Notes under the pieces: generated by a model
What the model saw: the letters and a program-made list of their open reading frames with translations, nothing else
The model's database searches: none
Told to the model about the DNA's origin: nothing
DNA from: an uncultured Ignavibacteria bacterium
Lineage (GTDB): Bacteria; Bacteroidota; Ignavibacteria; Kapaibacteriales; UBA2268
DNA: 64,000 nt
NCBI GenBank assembly: GCA_937127445.1
Contig: CAKZLY010000030.1
Location: forward strand, 74,023-138,022
Direction: 5' to 3'
In this document: one piece after another, positions 38,398 to 49,230 of the stretch
How positions within the stretch are numbered: the first letter of the stretch is position 1
Layout: each line of letters begins with the position of its first letter
Position numbers and translations under genes: made by a program

Positions 38398-41208
38398 ATG
38401 AAAGAAAGCAAAACCAAAGATAGTGTAAAATACATTGAAATTAAACATGCACGCACTCATAATTTAAATAATATATCTGTCGCAATACCAAGAAACCAAC
38501 TTACAGTAATAACTGGGGTAAGCGGTTCGGGCAAATCCTCGCTTGCTTTCGACACACTTTATGCAGAAGGGCAAAGACGATTTGTTGAATCGCTTTCAGC
38601 ATACGCACGTCAGTTTTTAGAAAGAATAAGCAAACCAGATGTAGATAGTATCTCGGGACTTCCACCTGCAATTGCAATAGGACAGAACCCACCGGCACGC
38701 AATCCACGTTCGACTGTCGGGACAACAACCGAAATTTATGATTATATTCGTTTACTTTATGCACGAATTGGTGTTTCAATTTGTCACGGATGTGGCAAAG
38801 CGATTAGCAAAGATACGCCTCAGTCAATAGTTGAAAGCATCTTTGAAATGGAAGGAGGTTCGCGAATTTACATTCTGTTCGCACCAAGTTCTTTGTTAAA
38901 AGTTGAGGAAGAATTAGAAAAAGCCAAAAAATTGGGGTTTAATCGTGTTATAAACATTAATACTTCCGAATTAATTGATATTCACGAGCAATTGCCCGAA
39001 TGGCAGCGTTTTGAAAATAATCTATACTTTGTTGTAGATAGGCTTGTACTTCGAAAAGATGAAGAGACGCGTTCGCGACTTGTTGATTCGGTAGAAACTG
39101 CGTTTAATACAGGACAAGGACGTTGTGCAGTATATAATGATACAACAAAAAAAATTCGAAAATTCAGTAATATTTATGAATGTGCTGATTGTGGCTATGT
39201 TTATGAAGAGCCGGAGCCAAGACTATTTTCGTTCAACAATCCGAAGGGGGCGTGTCCGCATTGTCAGGGCTTTGGTCGAACAATGGGAATAGATGAAGAC
39301 TTAGTTATTCCAAATAAAAGTTTGTCAATTAGCAAAGACGCTATTTATCCATTGAAATCACCATCATTTATAAAATTTCGACAGGAGCTATTCGACGCGT
39401 GTCGGAGAAATAACATTGATTTAAGCAAGCCTTATAACGAATTGACTGAGCAGGAACTAAAAGTAATATGGGACGGCGACACAATTTATGAGGGAGTAAA
39501 TGGCTTTTTCAAAATGCTTGAAGAGAACAATTATAAAGTACAGTACAGAATAATATTGAGCAAATATCGAGGATTTACCCGATGCAAGCATTGTGGTGGT
39601 TCACGGTTGCGTACTTCGGCGCGTCAGGTGTTCGTCGGTGGCAAAAATATCCCCGAAATCATTCAGATTCCTCTCGAAAAATTGCTTGATTTCTTCAAAA
39701 AATTGGAGCTTACTTCTTACCAGAAGCAAATTTCGGAACAAATACTTCAAGAAATTGTGAAAAGATTGCAGCTTTTAGTAGATATTGGGCTCGGCTATTT
39801 GACTTTATCGAGACTATCGCATACACTTTCCGGAGGCGAAAGCCAGCGCATTAATTTAGCAACAGCACTTGGTTCGGCACTTGTTGGAACACTATATGTG
39901 CTTGATGAACCAAGTCAAGGATTACATCCTCGCGATACAGATAGATTAGTGAATATACTATTTAAATTAAGAAATATAGGGAACACTATCGTTGTAGTAG
40001 AACACGACCCGGATATTATTCGACAAGCTGATTACATCATTGATATTGGACCTCGAGCGGGAAGTTTTGGTGGAGAAATTGTTTTCAGTGGAACTTACGA
40101 TAAAATGTGGAAAAGCGGTAATTCTCTTACAGCATTATATTTATCGGGGAAAATGAAAATTCCGCTACCACAGCAAAGGCGTAAAATTACCAACGGAGGA
40201 ATTACATTTTTCACTGTTAGGCACAATAATCTTGATATTGAGAAAATTACTTTTCCGCTAAATGCTCTGGTTGTTGTAACGGGAGTAAGCGGTTCGGGGA
40301 AATCGTCGCTTGTTTATAATGTTCTATATGCAGGACTAAAAAAACAAAGCGGTTCGCCATCAAGCGAGGTAGGGCAATTTTCCAAAATTACAGGAAGCGA
40401 AAAAATTAAATTCGTAGAGATGGTAGATCAATCAAATATAGGCATTTCAACACGTTCAACACCTGCAACTTACACAAAAGTTTTCGACACAATAAGGGAA
40501 GTATTTGCTCAGACGCAAGCTGCTCGGCAGTTGGGACTGCGCCCGGGATACTTCTCGTTCAATGTTCCGGGGGGACGTTGTGATGTATGCGAAGGAGAAG
40601 GTTATGTAACGGTAGATATGCAATTTCTTCCGGATGTTCGCCTTGTATGTGAAGCTTGTGGAGGTACTCGCTACAAAAAAGAAGCACGCAATATTTATTA
40701 CAATGGGAAAAATATTGTTGATGTTCTGGATATGACAGTAGATGAAGCTGCTATATTTTTCTACGATCATCCTAAAATTATTAATAAATTGGGGATATTA
40801 CAAAAAGTTGGTCTTGGTTACTTGAAATTAGGTCAATCAAGTTCAATGCTATCGGGCGGTGAAAGTCAGAGAATTAAACTCGCCACTCATCTTGATTCAT
40901 CGGTAGAAGGTCACACATTGTTTATTTTCGATGAGCCGACAACGGGTTTGCATTTAGATGATATATCAAAATTACTTACAGCAATGCAGGAATTAGTTGA
41001 TAAAGGGCACTCAGTTGTAGTGATTGAACACAATCTTTATATTATTTCAGCAGCGGATTGGATTATTGATTTAGGTCCGGAAGCAGGAGAATTAGGTGGA
41101 AAAATAGTAGCCGAGGGGCCTCCCGAACGTATTGCAAAAGCAAAAAATTCTCATACGGGCGAATATCTTCGTAAATTTTTTGAAAATGAATATGGGGTGT
41201 CCCTTTAA
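38398..41208 (+). CDS. uvrA: Excinuclease ABC subunit A
   Basis: Two GVSGSGKSS Walker A motifs, two LSGGE motifs, zinc-finger CxxC pairs, FSFN motifs. Confidence 0.97.
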   Translation: MKESKTKDSVKYIEIKHARTHNLNNISVAIPRNQLTVITGVSGSGKSSLAFDTLYAEGQRRFVESLSAYARQFLERISKPDVDSISGLPPAIAIGQNPPARNPRSTVGTTTEIYDYIRLLYARIGVSICHGCGKAISKDTPQSIVESIFEMEGGSRIYILFAPSSLLKVEEELEKAKKLGFNRVININTSELIDIHEQLPEWQRFENNLYFVVDRLVLRKDEETRSRLVDSVETAFNTGQGRCAVYNDTTKKIRKFSNIYECADCGYVYEEPEPRLFSFNNPKGACPHCQGFGRTMGIDEDLVIPNKSLSISKDAIYPLKSPSFIKFRQELFDACRRNNIDLSKPYNELTEQELKVIWDGDTIYEGVNGFFKMLEENNYKVQYRIILSKYRGFTRCKHCGGSRLRTSARQVFVGGKNIPEIIQIPLEKLLDFFKKLELTSYQKQISEQILQEIVKRLQLLVDIGLGYLTLSRLSHTLSGGESQRINLATALGSALVGTLYVLDEPSQGLHPRDTDRLVNILFKLRNIGNTIVVVEHDPDIIRQADYIIDIGPRAGSFGGEIVFSGTYDKMWKSGNSLTALYLSGKMKIPLPQQRRKITNGGITFFTVRHNNLDIEKITFPLNALVVVTGVSGSGKSSLVYNVLYAGLKKQSGSPSSEVGQFSKITGSEKIKFVEMVDQSNIGISTRSTPATYTKVFDTIREVFAQTQAARQLGLRPGYFSFNVPGGRCDVCEGEGYVTVDMQFLPDVRLVCEACGGTRYKKEARNIYYNGKNIVDVLDMTVDEAAIFFYDHPKIINKLGILQKVGLGYLKLGQSSSMLSGGESQRIKLATHLDSSVEGHTLFIFDEPTTGLHLDDISKLLTAMQELVDKGHSVVVIEHNLYIISAADWIIDLGPEAGELGGKIVAEGPPERIAKAKNSHTGEYLRKFFENEYGVSL

Positions 41209-41645
41209 AATTGCTTGATCTCGAAATCATCGAACTCGAAACCGGGTGAGTTTGTGCAGCCGACAAGAGTAAATGAATTCTCTGCAATAGGTCGAGCAAC
41301 CATCCAAGTTATTCGAGGAATTAGCAATTGTGGCACTTCATTATTTAAAAGATTATTACCCAAAATTATTTCTTTTACATCATTTTCATCTTGATAGTAG
41401 CGAATAAGCAAAGGTGAACCTAAATAAAAATGCCATATTTCATCGCTTTTAAGTCTATGAACGAGATGATTTTCATTGCTTTGAAGTAGAAAGTAGATTG
41501 CAGTAGAAAAAACTCTGTCGCCATTGTATCTTTCTGGGAGTGCGAATTTTGATATTATTTCGTCTGAGCGATAGGTTTCACGGAAATAACCCCCTTCTGG
41601 ATGAGGGACTAAATTGAGCCTTTTAATAACATCATCAGCTGTCAT
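41205..41645 (-). CDS. Cupin_5 (DUF985) protein
   Basis: HPEGGYFRETY, TAIYFLL, HRLKSDEIWHFY, GCTNSPGFEF. Confidence 0.9.
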   Translation of the reverse strand: MTADDVIKRLNLVPHPEGGYFRETYRSDEIISKFALPERYNGDRVFSTAIYFLLQSNENHLVHRLKSDEIWHFYLGSPLLIRYYQDENDVKEIILGNNLLNNEVPQLLIPRITWMVARPIAENSFTLVGCTNSPGFEFDDFEIKQF

Positions 41646-41827
41646 TATTACACCTGCAAAAACATTCAACAAACTCAAAAGAAAGAACATTAACTTTATT
41701 TTTTATAAAAATAGTATAAATATTTTTTATACCAACATATAAATTCTTTTCAGTTGGTAAAATTTGAAAATATTACCTATATATCAATTCAATCGATGAA
41801 TTAGCAAAAACATATTCTAAAAGCAAA

Positions 41828-41849
41828 AGAGCGAGAAAATTCTCGCTCT
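41828..41849 (-). terminator. Intrinsic terminator downstream of the HMA gene
   Basis: AGAGCGAGA-AAAT-TCTCGCTCT hairpin with a T-run on the minus strand. Confidence 0.65.
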
Positions 41850-41878
41850 GATGAATGCTTTATGGATTTTTTTTCAGA

Positions 41879-42250
41879 TTAGTCGTTGCATTTTTTATCT
41901 TTTGAACCAGTGCAATTTTTGCTGCAACCTGATTTAGTAGATTTCACATCGGTTTTAGTGGATTTAATTTCTGCTGCATTTGCAACTGTGTAGCCTAATT
42001 TAGCAATTGAGTTTTTGATATTGTCTTCGTTAGTTTTATCAGCATCATAAGAAACGCTTACTGTTTTAGATGCTAAATCGGTATTGTATTTTACAATGCC
42101 TTTTTCGCTTTTCAAAGTTTTTTCGATTTTGCTTTTGCAACCTTCGCAAGTCATATTTACTGAAAATTTCGCCTCTTTGATATTTTCAGCAAAAAGATTG
42201 AGCGAAAGAAGAAAAGTAGCAACAAAGAATCCCAAAAATAGTTTTTTCAT
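41879..42250 (-). CDS. Secreted heavy-metal-associated (HMA) domain protein
   Basis: Signal peptide, MTCEGC metal motif, KLGY, Cys-containing tail. Confidence 0.88.
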   Translation of the reverse strand: MKKLFLGFFVATFLLSLNLFAENIKEAKFSVNMTCEGCKSKIEKTLKSEKGIVKYNTDLASKTVSVSYDADKTNEDNIKNSIAKLGYTVANAAEIKSTKTDVKSTKSGCSKNCTGSKDKKCND

Positions 42251-42437
42251 AATAGAACCTTTAAATAAAGTTAAACAGAATTATTATCTATAACAAAATT
42301 ACATTTATTTATTGTATTAACCAAAAAATTAATTAACTCTAAATAAATATTTAGTCTCGAATAAATCAACGATTAATTTGAAACTTTATTGTTCTAAATA
42401 CGTTTTAGAAAATATCAAAAATTTAAAAAAGGAGTAT

Positions 42438-44738
42438 ATGAAAAATTATCTATTTATTTTTTTATTGATAACAATGGTGGGAAATTTATTTTCTCAAACT
42501 TCTTTAGGGACAATTTCTGGCACAGTTTCGGAAGAGAAGACAAAAGAAAATGTAATTTCTTCGACAGTTGTATTATATAAGGATTCAATATCCAGCAAAC
42601 CATTTCGTGGGACATATACTAACAAATTTGGTTATTATAGTTTCACTCAGATTCCCAATGGAGAATACATAATAGTAGCCAGAGGTGTTGGATATCAGCA
42701 ATATTCGAAGAGAATTACGCTAAAAGAGGGAGAAAATATACGTCTGAACATAAAAATGAAAACATCTGATGTTGTAACGGAAGAAGTATTAGTAACAGCG
42801 GAGCGATCTTCGGAGGAAGCAATTTCAAGAATATCGGCGGTAAATATATCACCTAATTTCATTTTCAAATTACCCTCGCTTGGAGGCGAAACAGATGTAT
42901 TCAGGGCATTGCAAACTTTGCCGGGAGTAAAGCAATCGAGCGAACTATCGAGTGGACTATATGTGAGAGGTGGTTCGCCCGATCAAAATCTTTATCTACT
43001 TGATGGAGTAATTGTATATAATCCCAATCACTTAGGCGGATTTTTGAGTGTATTCAATGGCGACGCCCTTCGCGACATTAAGTTAATAAAAGGAGCTTTT
43101 CCTGCTGAATACGGCGGAAGATTATCGAGCGTTCTTGATATGACGATGAAAGAAGGCAGAAAAGACCGTTTTGCAGCTGATGGCGGTATTAGTTTAATTA
43201 GTTCTCGTCTTACTCTGGAAGGCCCCATAGGTGAAAATACGTCATTTATGTTGTCGGGAAGAAGAATGTATTTAGATATTCTAACTGCTATGTTTGTCTC
43301 CAAGGATGAAGTTCCAAATTATTATTTTTATGATTTGAATGCAAAAGTTAATCATAAAATTTCGGATAATTCTCATATTTTTCTGAGTGGTTTCTTGTGT
43401 CGGGACGTCTTGGAATCACCCGATGAAGAAGAAATGAAGTTTGATATTAACTGGGGAAATAAAACGTCGAATTTTCGATGGCTGTATATTGTATCGCCGA
43501 TATTATTTACAAATTTTTCGCTTATTTATACAGATTATACATTCAGAACAGACATTTACGATAAAAAGAACGTTTCAAATAATTTTATAATTAAATCTCA
43601 AATTCGAGATTGGACTTTTCGAGCAGAAGCACAATATTTCCCATCGAAAAACCATAAGATAAAGACAGGGCTTGAAGCAATTAATCACCGCTTTTTAGCT
43701 AAAACAGCTTATAATTTTGAAAACAATCTGGAAATTCCATTCAACAGCAAAGACGCAACGAGTATGGAACTATCTTATTATCTACAAGATGAATGGGAAA
43801 TATCTGATAGATTTACTGCAAATATTGGTTCGCGACTATATTATTTTGAAGAAGCAAACTATTTTCGCTACGAACCACGATTATCTGCAACTTATAAAAT
43901 TGCAGATAATACAAGTTTTAAAACTTCGGTTGCTATGGCTCATCAGTTTCTACACTTGATTATTAGAAATGATATTTCAATAATGACAGACCTTTGGTTC
44001 CCATCAACGAAAAATATTATTCCGAGCCGTTCAACGCAAGGAGTTATTGGATTAGAGCAATTATTTGACGACGGGAAGTATTTGCTTTCGTTAGAAGCGT
44101 ACTATAAAAAAATGAATAACCTGTATGAATATAAGGATTCGGCAACATTTTCTTTTGGGATTCCACTTGAAAATCAATTCACAAGAGGTAACGGAGAGGC
44201 TTATGGAGTGGAAGTATTTTTCAATAAACGTTTGGGGAATCTAACTGGATGGATAGGCTATACACTATCCTGGACAAAACGTAAATTTAATGAACTCAAC
44301 GAAGGGAAGCCATTTTATCCGAGGTACGACCGTCGCCACGATGTTAACATAGTTTTAGTATATGAAATCAGTCCATCTTGGGAAATAGGTGCAACTTGGT
44401 ATTATGGAACAGGTCAGGCTTATACAATGCCGACTGGTTCTTTCCGTTTTGAAGAGATAGGTTTATCGCCATACGAAGATATAAAATATCAGTATACAGA
44501 ACGAAATGGAGCACGATTACCTGCTTTCCATAAATTGGATCTAAATATTATTCATCATTTTGAATGGCTTACGATACCCTGGTCAATATCACTTAACATA
44601 TACAATGCTTACAACAGACGTAACCCATTCGCTTGGTATATTTCAACTGATTATGATGGGATGACTGAAACAAAGAAATTGAAGCAGTTAACACTATTCC
44701 CACTGATCCCAACCATTGGATTAAATTTCAAAATATAG
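42438..44738 (+). CDS. TonB-dependent receptor with carboxypeptidase-regulatory-like N-domain
   Basis: AAGGAG RBS; GETDVFRALQTLPGV, YVRGGSPDQN, NPNHLGG, YGGRLSSV plug motifs; YNAYNRRN near the C-terminus. Confidence 0.92.
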   Translation: MKNYLFIFLLITMVGNLFSQTSLGTISGTVSEEKTKENVISSTVVLYKDSISSKPFRGTYTNKFGYYSFTQIPNGEYIIVARGVGYQQYSKRITLKEGENIRLNIKMKTSDVVTEEVLVTAERSSEEAISRISAVNISPNFIFKLPSLGGETDVFRALQTLPGVKQSSELSSGLYVRGGSPDQNLYLLDGVIVYNPNHLGGFLSVFNGDALRDIKLIKGAFPAEYGGRLSSVLDMTMKEGRKDRFAADGGISLISSRLTLEGPIGENTSFMLSGRRMYLDILTAMFVSKDEVPNYYFYDLNAKVNHKISDNSHIFLSGFLCRDVLESPDEEEMKFDINWGNKTSNFRWLYIVSPILFTNFSLIYTDYTFRTDIYDKKNVSNNFIIKSQIRDWTFRAEAQYFPSKNHKIKTGLEAINHRFLAKTAYNFENNLEIPFNSKDATSMELSYYLQDEWEISDRFTANIGSRLYYFEEANYFRYEPRLSATYKIADNTSFKTSVAMAHQFLHLIIRNDISIMTDLWFPSTKNIIPSRSTQGVIGLEQLFDDGKYLLSLEAYYKKMNNLYEYKDSATFSFGIPLENQFTRGNGEAYGVEVFFNKRLGNLTGWIGYTLSWTKRKFNELNEGKPFYPRYDRRHDVNIVLVYEISPSWEIGATWYYGTGQAYTMPTGSFRFEEIGLSPYEDIKYQYTERNGARLPAFHKLDLNIIHHFEWLTIPWSISLNIYNAYNRRNPFAWYISTDYDGMTETKKLKQLTLFPLIPTIGLNFKI

Positions 44739-44746
44739 GTGATAAA

Positions 44747-45553
44747 ATGAAAAAAATATACATTGTTCTATCATTATTATTAGGCTTTGGATTATCTTCG
44801 TGCGAAGAAGAAGTAACGAGCGTTACTTTACCATATCGCGAGCAGTTGGTAATTCGGGCAGTTCTTCAAGCAGGGGAAAAAATAGAAGACATTCGAGTCG
44901 AAAGAACAATTCCACCGTTAGAAAATTATACTGTTGAGAAAGCATTAGTCAAAGATGCTGTTTTGATTATTGAAGATGGTGAGCAATTCGACACATTAAC
45001 ATACAAAAACGGTTTCTATAATTCGAAATTAACAGCACAGCCAGGAAAACTATATAAATTATACGCATATTGGAAGCAACATAAAGCATACGGAGAGACA
45101 ATAGTTCCGGAGCCCGTTAGTTTTGACAATGTTTTTGTTGAGTTTCAAAAATTATTCGAAGGATATTATAAGGCATCAGTATACACATATATAGCACCTA
45201 ACGAAAACTATGTATATACGGCTGGAATATCATTCGATAATATAATTTATGGCAATTACGATGAAATATATACTTATTCGCGACGCACATCAGATAATAA
45301 ATTAAAAATATATTTTGCATATGTTGGTGGGAATGATACACTTGTATTAAAAAAGCGATTAAACAATTATAAATTTGTAATTTTGAATTATGACAAGCAA
45401 TATTATGATTATTTTATAACTCGAAATAATGGCAATAGCGACGATGATATTTTTGGTAATGTTGGCTCAAACGTTCGCTGGAATATTAAAGGAGACGGAA
45501 TTGGTATGTTCATCGGAAGCAATATAGTTGCAAAAAAAGCTAAAATAAATTAA
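44747..45553 (+). CDS. DUF4249-family lipoprotein (TonB receptor partner)
   Basis: Lipobox LSSC; C-terminal NIKGDGIGMF; directly downstream of the receptor. Confidence 0.8.
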   Translation: MKKIYIVLSLLLGFGLSSCEEEVTSVTLPYREQLVIRAVLQAGEKIEDIRVERTIPPLENYTVEKALVKDAVLIIEDGEQFDTLTYKNGFYNSKLTAQPGKLYKLYAYWKQHKAYGETIVPEPVSFDNVFVEFQKLFEGYYKASVYTYIAPNENYVYTAGISFDNIIYGNYDEIYTYSRRTSDNKLKIYFAYVGGNDTLVLKKRLNNYKFVILNYDKQYYDYFITRNNGNSDDDIFGNVGSNVRWNIKGDGIGMFIGSNIVAKKAKIN

Positions 45554-45564
45554 GGAGGCAAAAG

Positions 45565-46887
45565 GTGAAAAAAACGCTGGTTTGTTTGGCTTTATCAATT
45601 ATTTTTTTTGTCAATTCAGTTTATTCGGAAGAATCAGAGCAGATTGCTTTGAAATTTTTGAATTTGTTGAAACAAGAAAAATTTTTAGAAGCTGAAAAAA
45701 TGGTAGCAGAAGGTGCATTGAAATATCTTTCTGCTGATAAGACAAAGGAATTTTGGCTTCAGCTCGATAGTCGCTATGGAAAAGTAGTTAAATTCGGCAC
45801 ACCTGAAAAGCAAAAATCTTTGAAGAACAATATTTATCTGATTAAATTTTATTTTGCAAACGACTCACTAAACTGTCGTATAGTTGTAGATGAGACGCAA
45901 AAGATTTCGGCTATGTTGTTCGTTCCGTTTGCTCGTAATTATTCTTTTGCTTTGCCAAATTATGCTGATACAACAAAGTTTTACGAGATAGAAACAACAT
46001 TTGGTGTTCCTGGCTGGGAACTACCTGCCAAAATCACAATTCCGCATAGACCAGGGCAATATCCAGCTGTAGTGTTAGTTCATGGTTCAGGACCGAACGA
46101 TATGGACGAAACCATTGGAGGGCACAAAGTTTTTCGGGATATAGCGTATGGACTTTCGAGCAATGGAATAGTTGTATTTCGCTATGAGAAGCGCACTCGT
46201 GAATATCCAAGTAAAATTGCACAGGATTACAACAATTTAACAGTTTGGGAAGAAACAATGGAGGACGCAATCAAGGCAGTTGCGTATTTACAAGAGCAAG
46301 ATTATGTAGATCCTTACAAGATCTATGTATTAGGTCATAGCCTTGGAGGACACATCGCTCCACGCATAGCACAATCATATAGTGGAATTTCGGGAATAAT
46401 AATCATGAATGGCAATGCGCGTAAACTTCATCAAATAGTGCTTGATCAATATGAATACATCTTTAATTTAGATGGGAAAATTAATGAATACGAAGCCAGC
46501 GAACTAAAAAAAGTTCGCCATCAGATAGATTTACTTGAAAAAGGAGAATTCACAGATTCAACTTCCCGCGATTCACTGCTTCTTATGTTGCCACCAAAAT
46601 ACTGGGAGGACTTGACGAAATATAACCCCGTAGAAATCACTAAAAATCTGGAAATACCTATACTAATTTTAGCAGCAGAGAACGACTATCAAATTCTACC
46701 GTTGGAGTATGAGATATGGAAGAAAAATCTTGGAAATAGGAATAATGTTTCGTTCAAAATGTTTCCAAAGCTTAATCATCTGATGGTATATTCGCCCAAA
46801 AAATCAAAACCTGCGGACTACGAACAAGAGGGCAATGTAAGCGAAGAAGTAATAAAAACTATTATTGAGTGGATAAAAAGAAAGTAA
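45565..46887 (+). CDS. Secreted alpha/beta hydrolase with N-terminal DUF3887-like domain
   Basis: VHGSGPNDMDE, GHSLGG nucleophile elbow, NDYQI, LNHL. Confidence 0.88.
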   Translation: MKKTLVCLALSIIFFVNSVYSEESEQIALKFLNLLKQEKFLEAEKMVAEGALKYLSADKTKEFWLQLDSRYGKVVKFGTPEKQKSLKNNIYLIKFYFANDSLNCRIVVDETQKISAMLFVPFARNYSFALPNYADTTKFYEIETTFGVPGWELPAKITIPHRPGQYPAVVLVHGSGPNDMDETIGGHKVFRDIAYGLSSNGIVVFRYEKRTREYPSKIAQDYNNLTVWEETMEDAIKAVAYLQEQDYVDPYKIYVLGHSLGGHIAPRIAQSYSGISGIIIMNGNARKLHQIVLDQYEYIFNLDGKINEYEASELKKVRHQIDLLEKGEFTDSTSRDSLLLMLPPKYWEDLTKYNPVEITKNLEIPILILAAENDYQILPLEYEIWKKNLGNRNNVSFKMFPKLNHLMVYSPKKSKPADYEQEGNVSEEVIKTIIEWIKRK

Positions 46888-46903
46888 AAAAATTGATAAA
46901 ATC

Positions 46904-46932
46904 AAAAAAGAGGCTGAAAATCAGCCTCTTTT
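46904..46932. terminator. Bidirectional intrinsic terminator
   Basis: AAAAAAGAGGCTGA-AAA-TCAGCCTCTTTT between convergent genes. Confidence 0.8.
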
Positions 46933-46956
46933 ATTATATCAATTTCAACGAAAGAA

Positions 46957-48396
46957 TTACCATCTAACGTTAATCTTACGAGCAGCAAGAGCGTCATCCA
47001 ACCTTCTTACTGGTGTTGTAGTTGGAGCGGAAAGAACAAGTTCTTTATTTGTTTTTGCTTCGTTGGAAATTTTGATTAAAGCTTCGGCAAAAAGTTCGAG
47101 ATTTTCTTTTGATTCGGTTTCAGTAGGTTCAACCAGCATAGCTTCGTGAACAATAAGCGGGAAGTAAATAGTAGGAGCGTGGAAACCATAATCAAGAAGA
47201 CGTTTTGCAATGTCTTTGGCGGAGACATCGTATTCTTTCTGATAATCAGCCGAGCAAACAAATTCGTGCATGCAAAACTCTTTGTAAGGCATCAAATATT
47301 CGTGTTCGATTAATTTCATTAAATAGTTTGCATTGATAATAGCATTTTCGCTAACACGGCGTAGATTTTCCTTACCAAGCATACGCATATATGTGTAAGC
47401 ACGCACGACAACACCATAGTTGCCAAAAAAGGCGTGCATACTACCGATTGTTTTTTCTGTATCGCGAACGATAATGAATCTTTCTCCTTCTTTTCTTACT
47501 TGAGGAACTGGTAGAAATGGGATAAGTTTTTCACTTACGCAAATTGGGCCGGAGCCGGGTCCGCCACCACCGTGAGGAGTGGAGAAAGTTTTATGCAAGT
47601 TAATATGAACACAATCGAAGCCCATATCGCCGGGGCGGACAATACCGAGAAGTGCGTTTAAGTTAGCACCATCCATATACATAAGTCCGCCACAACCGTG
47701 GATAATTTTCTCAATTTCACGAATGTTTGTTTCGAATACACCAACTGTATTAGGATTTGTAATCATAAATCCTGCAACAGTATCATTAGCTTTGTTACGA
47801 AGGTCGTCAATATCTATGCGACCATCAGGAAGACTATTGACAGTAACAACCTGAAAGCCAGCGATAGCAGCAGAAGCAGGATTAGTTCCGTGAGCGGAAT
47901 CTGGAATAAGAACAACATTTCGCTTATCATTACCACGATCTTTATGATAAGCACGGAAAAGCAAAATTCCAGTAAGTTCGCCTTGGGAACCAGCTGAAGG
48001 CTGCAATGTAACGCCTTGAAGTCCGGTAACTTCCTTTAAAAATTCTCCACATTCATAAAGTACGCGAAGAGCGCCCTGAACGTGTTCATCTTGTGAGCAA
48101 GGATGAATTTCAGCAAAACCGGGCATCGATGCAACTTTTTCATTGACCTTAGGATTGTATTTCATTGTACAAGAACCGAGTGGATAAACTCCATCCTCGA
48201 TGGAATAATTAAGTTTGGAGAGTTTCACAAAATGGCGGGAGACCTCATTTTCGCTAATTTCAGGCAAATTAGGTTCGCTTTTACGTAAAAATTTATCAGG
48301 TATAAGATTAGATAATTCAGCAACAGGGACATCGAGCTGTGGCAGAGTATAGCCGCGTCTGCCGGGGCGAGATTTTTCAATTATCAACTTTTCCAT
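46957..48396 (-). CDS. gcvPB: Glycine dehydrogenase (decarboxylating) subunit 2
   Basis: YPLGSCTMKYNP, SAHGTNPAS, DGANLNA, NLHKTFSTPHGGGGPG, EPTETE. Confidence 0.96.
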   Translation of the reverse strand: MEKLIIEKSRPGRRGYTLPQLDVPVAELSNLIPDKFLRKSEPNLPEISENEVSRHFVKLSKLNYSIEDGVYPLGSCTMKYNPKVNEKVASMPGFAEIHPCSQDEHVQGALRVLYECGEFLKEVTGLQGVTLQPSAGSQGELTGILLFRAYHKDRGNDKRNVVLIPDSAHGTNPASAAIAGFQVVTVNSLPDGRIDIDDLRNKANDTVAGFMITNPNTVGVFETNIREIEKIIHGCGGLMYMDGANLNALLGIVRPGDMGFDCVHINLHKTFSTPHGGGGPGSGPICVSEKLIPFLPVPQVRKEGERFIIVRDTEKTIGSMHAFFGNYGVVVRAYTYMRMLGKENLRRVSENAIINANYLMKLIEHEYLMPYKEFCMHEFVCSADYQKEYDVSAKDIAKRLLDYGFHAPTIYFPLIVHEAMLVEPTETESKENLELFAEALIKISNEAKTNKELVLSAPTTTPVRRLDDALAARKINVRW

Positions 48397-49219
48397 CGTG
48401 CTTTTCTTTTATATTAGTGAATAAATTAAGTTCGATAGCATTGTGAGCAGCCTCTTGTTCAGCAGTTTTTTTATTTTTCCCACTACCTGTCCCAAGAAGA
48501 ACATTCTCAAGATAAACACCAACTTCAAAATGCTTGCAATGGTCGGGACCGCTTTCGGAGAGCACTTTATAAACAGGAGATGAGAATCCTAAACTTTGAA
48601 CTTTTTCGAGCAAAAGGCTTTTATAATTAGTATCAACAATAAGATTAGATTGAACGATAATAGGGACCAAAACTTCAACAACAAAGCATCGAGCATTTTG
48701 GAAACCAGAATCTAAGTAAATAGCGGCAATAATTGCTTCGATAGTATCGGCAACAATTGAATCGCTACCATCTTTGAGCGCTTTCTCGGCACTGAAACTG
48801 AGCATAATGTATTTATCAATACCGAGAGAGAACCCACAATGAGAGAGCGAATGGCTATTGACCAAACGAGAACGAAGTTTAGTAAGTTCGCCTTCGCTAA
48901 ATTCTGGATTTGATTTGAACAAAAAATCAGAAACAATAAGATTAAGCAGAGAATCGCCTAAAAATTCTAATCTTTCGTTTGAGCGAAAACCACCTTCCAA
49001 ACCAATCACAGTAAGGTAGGAACGGTGAATAAGCGCTTGTTCAAAAATACCTACAGAATTAATTTTAGTTTGAAGAATATTTTCGAGTTCTATTTTTTTT
49101 TCAGATGATAAAAAGCCAACCACCGGGAAAAAATCCGGGTGATTGGCATTCGTATCAAGTGTTCTAAGATTAAGAATCTTAGAAAAAGTAGAGAACAATT
49201 TAGTAAATAAGTCTTTCAT
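48377..49219 (-). CDS. rnc: Ribonuclease III
   Basis: ALIHRSY, NERLEFLGDS, dsRBD with GPDH...G.GKNKK.AEQ.AA. Start uncertain (49219 or 49255). Confidence 0.95.
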   Translation of the reverse strand: MKDLFTKLFSTFSKILNLRTLDTNANHPDFFPVVGFLSSEKKIELENILQTKINSVGIFEQALIHRSYLTVIGLEGGFRSNERLEFLGDSLLNLIVSDFLFKSNPEFSEGELTKLRSRLVNSHSLSHCGFSLGIDKYIMLSFSAEKALKDGSDSIVADTIEAIIAAIYLDSGFQNARCFVVEVLVPIIVQSNLIVDTNYKSLLLEKVQSLGFSSPVYKVLSESGPDHCKHFEVGVYLENVLLGTGSGKNKKTAEQEAAHNAIELNLFTNIKEKHDGKVDN

Positions 49220-49230
49220 TTGTCCAAAGA

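Noticed and set aside
46957..48396. gcvPB without an adjacent gcvPA
   Set aside because: Dispersed gcv genes are common and the partner is probably elsewhere in the genome.
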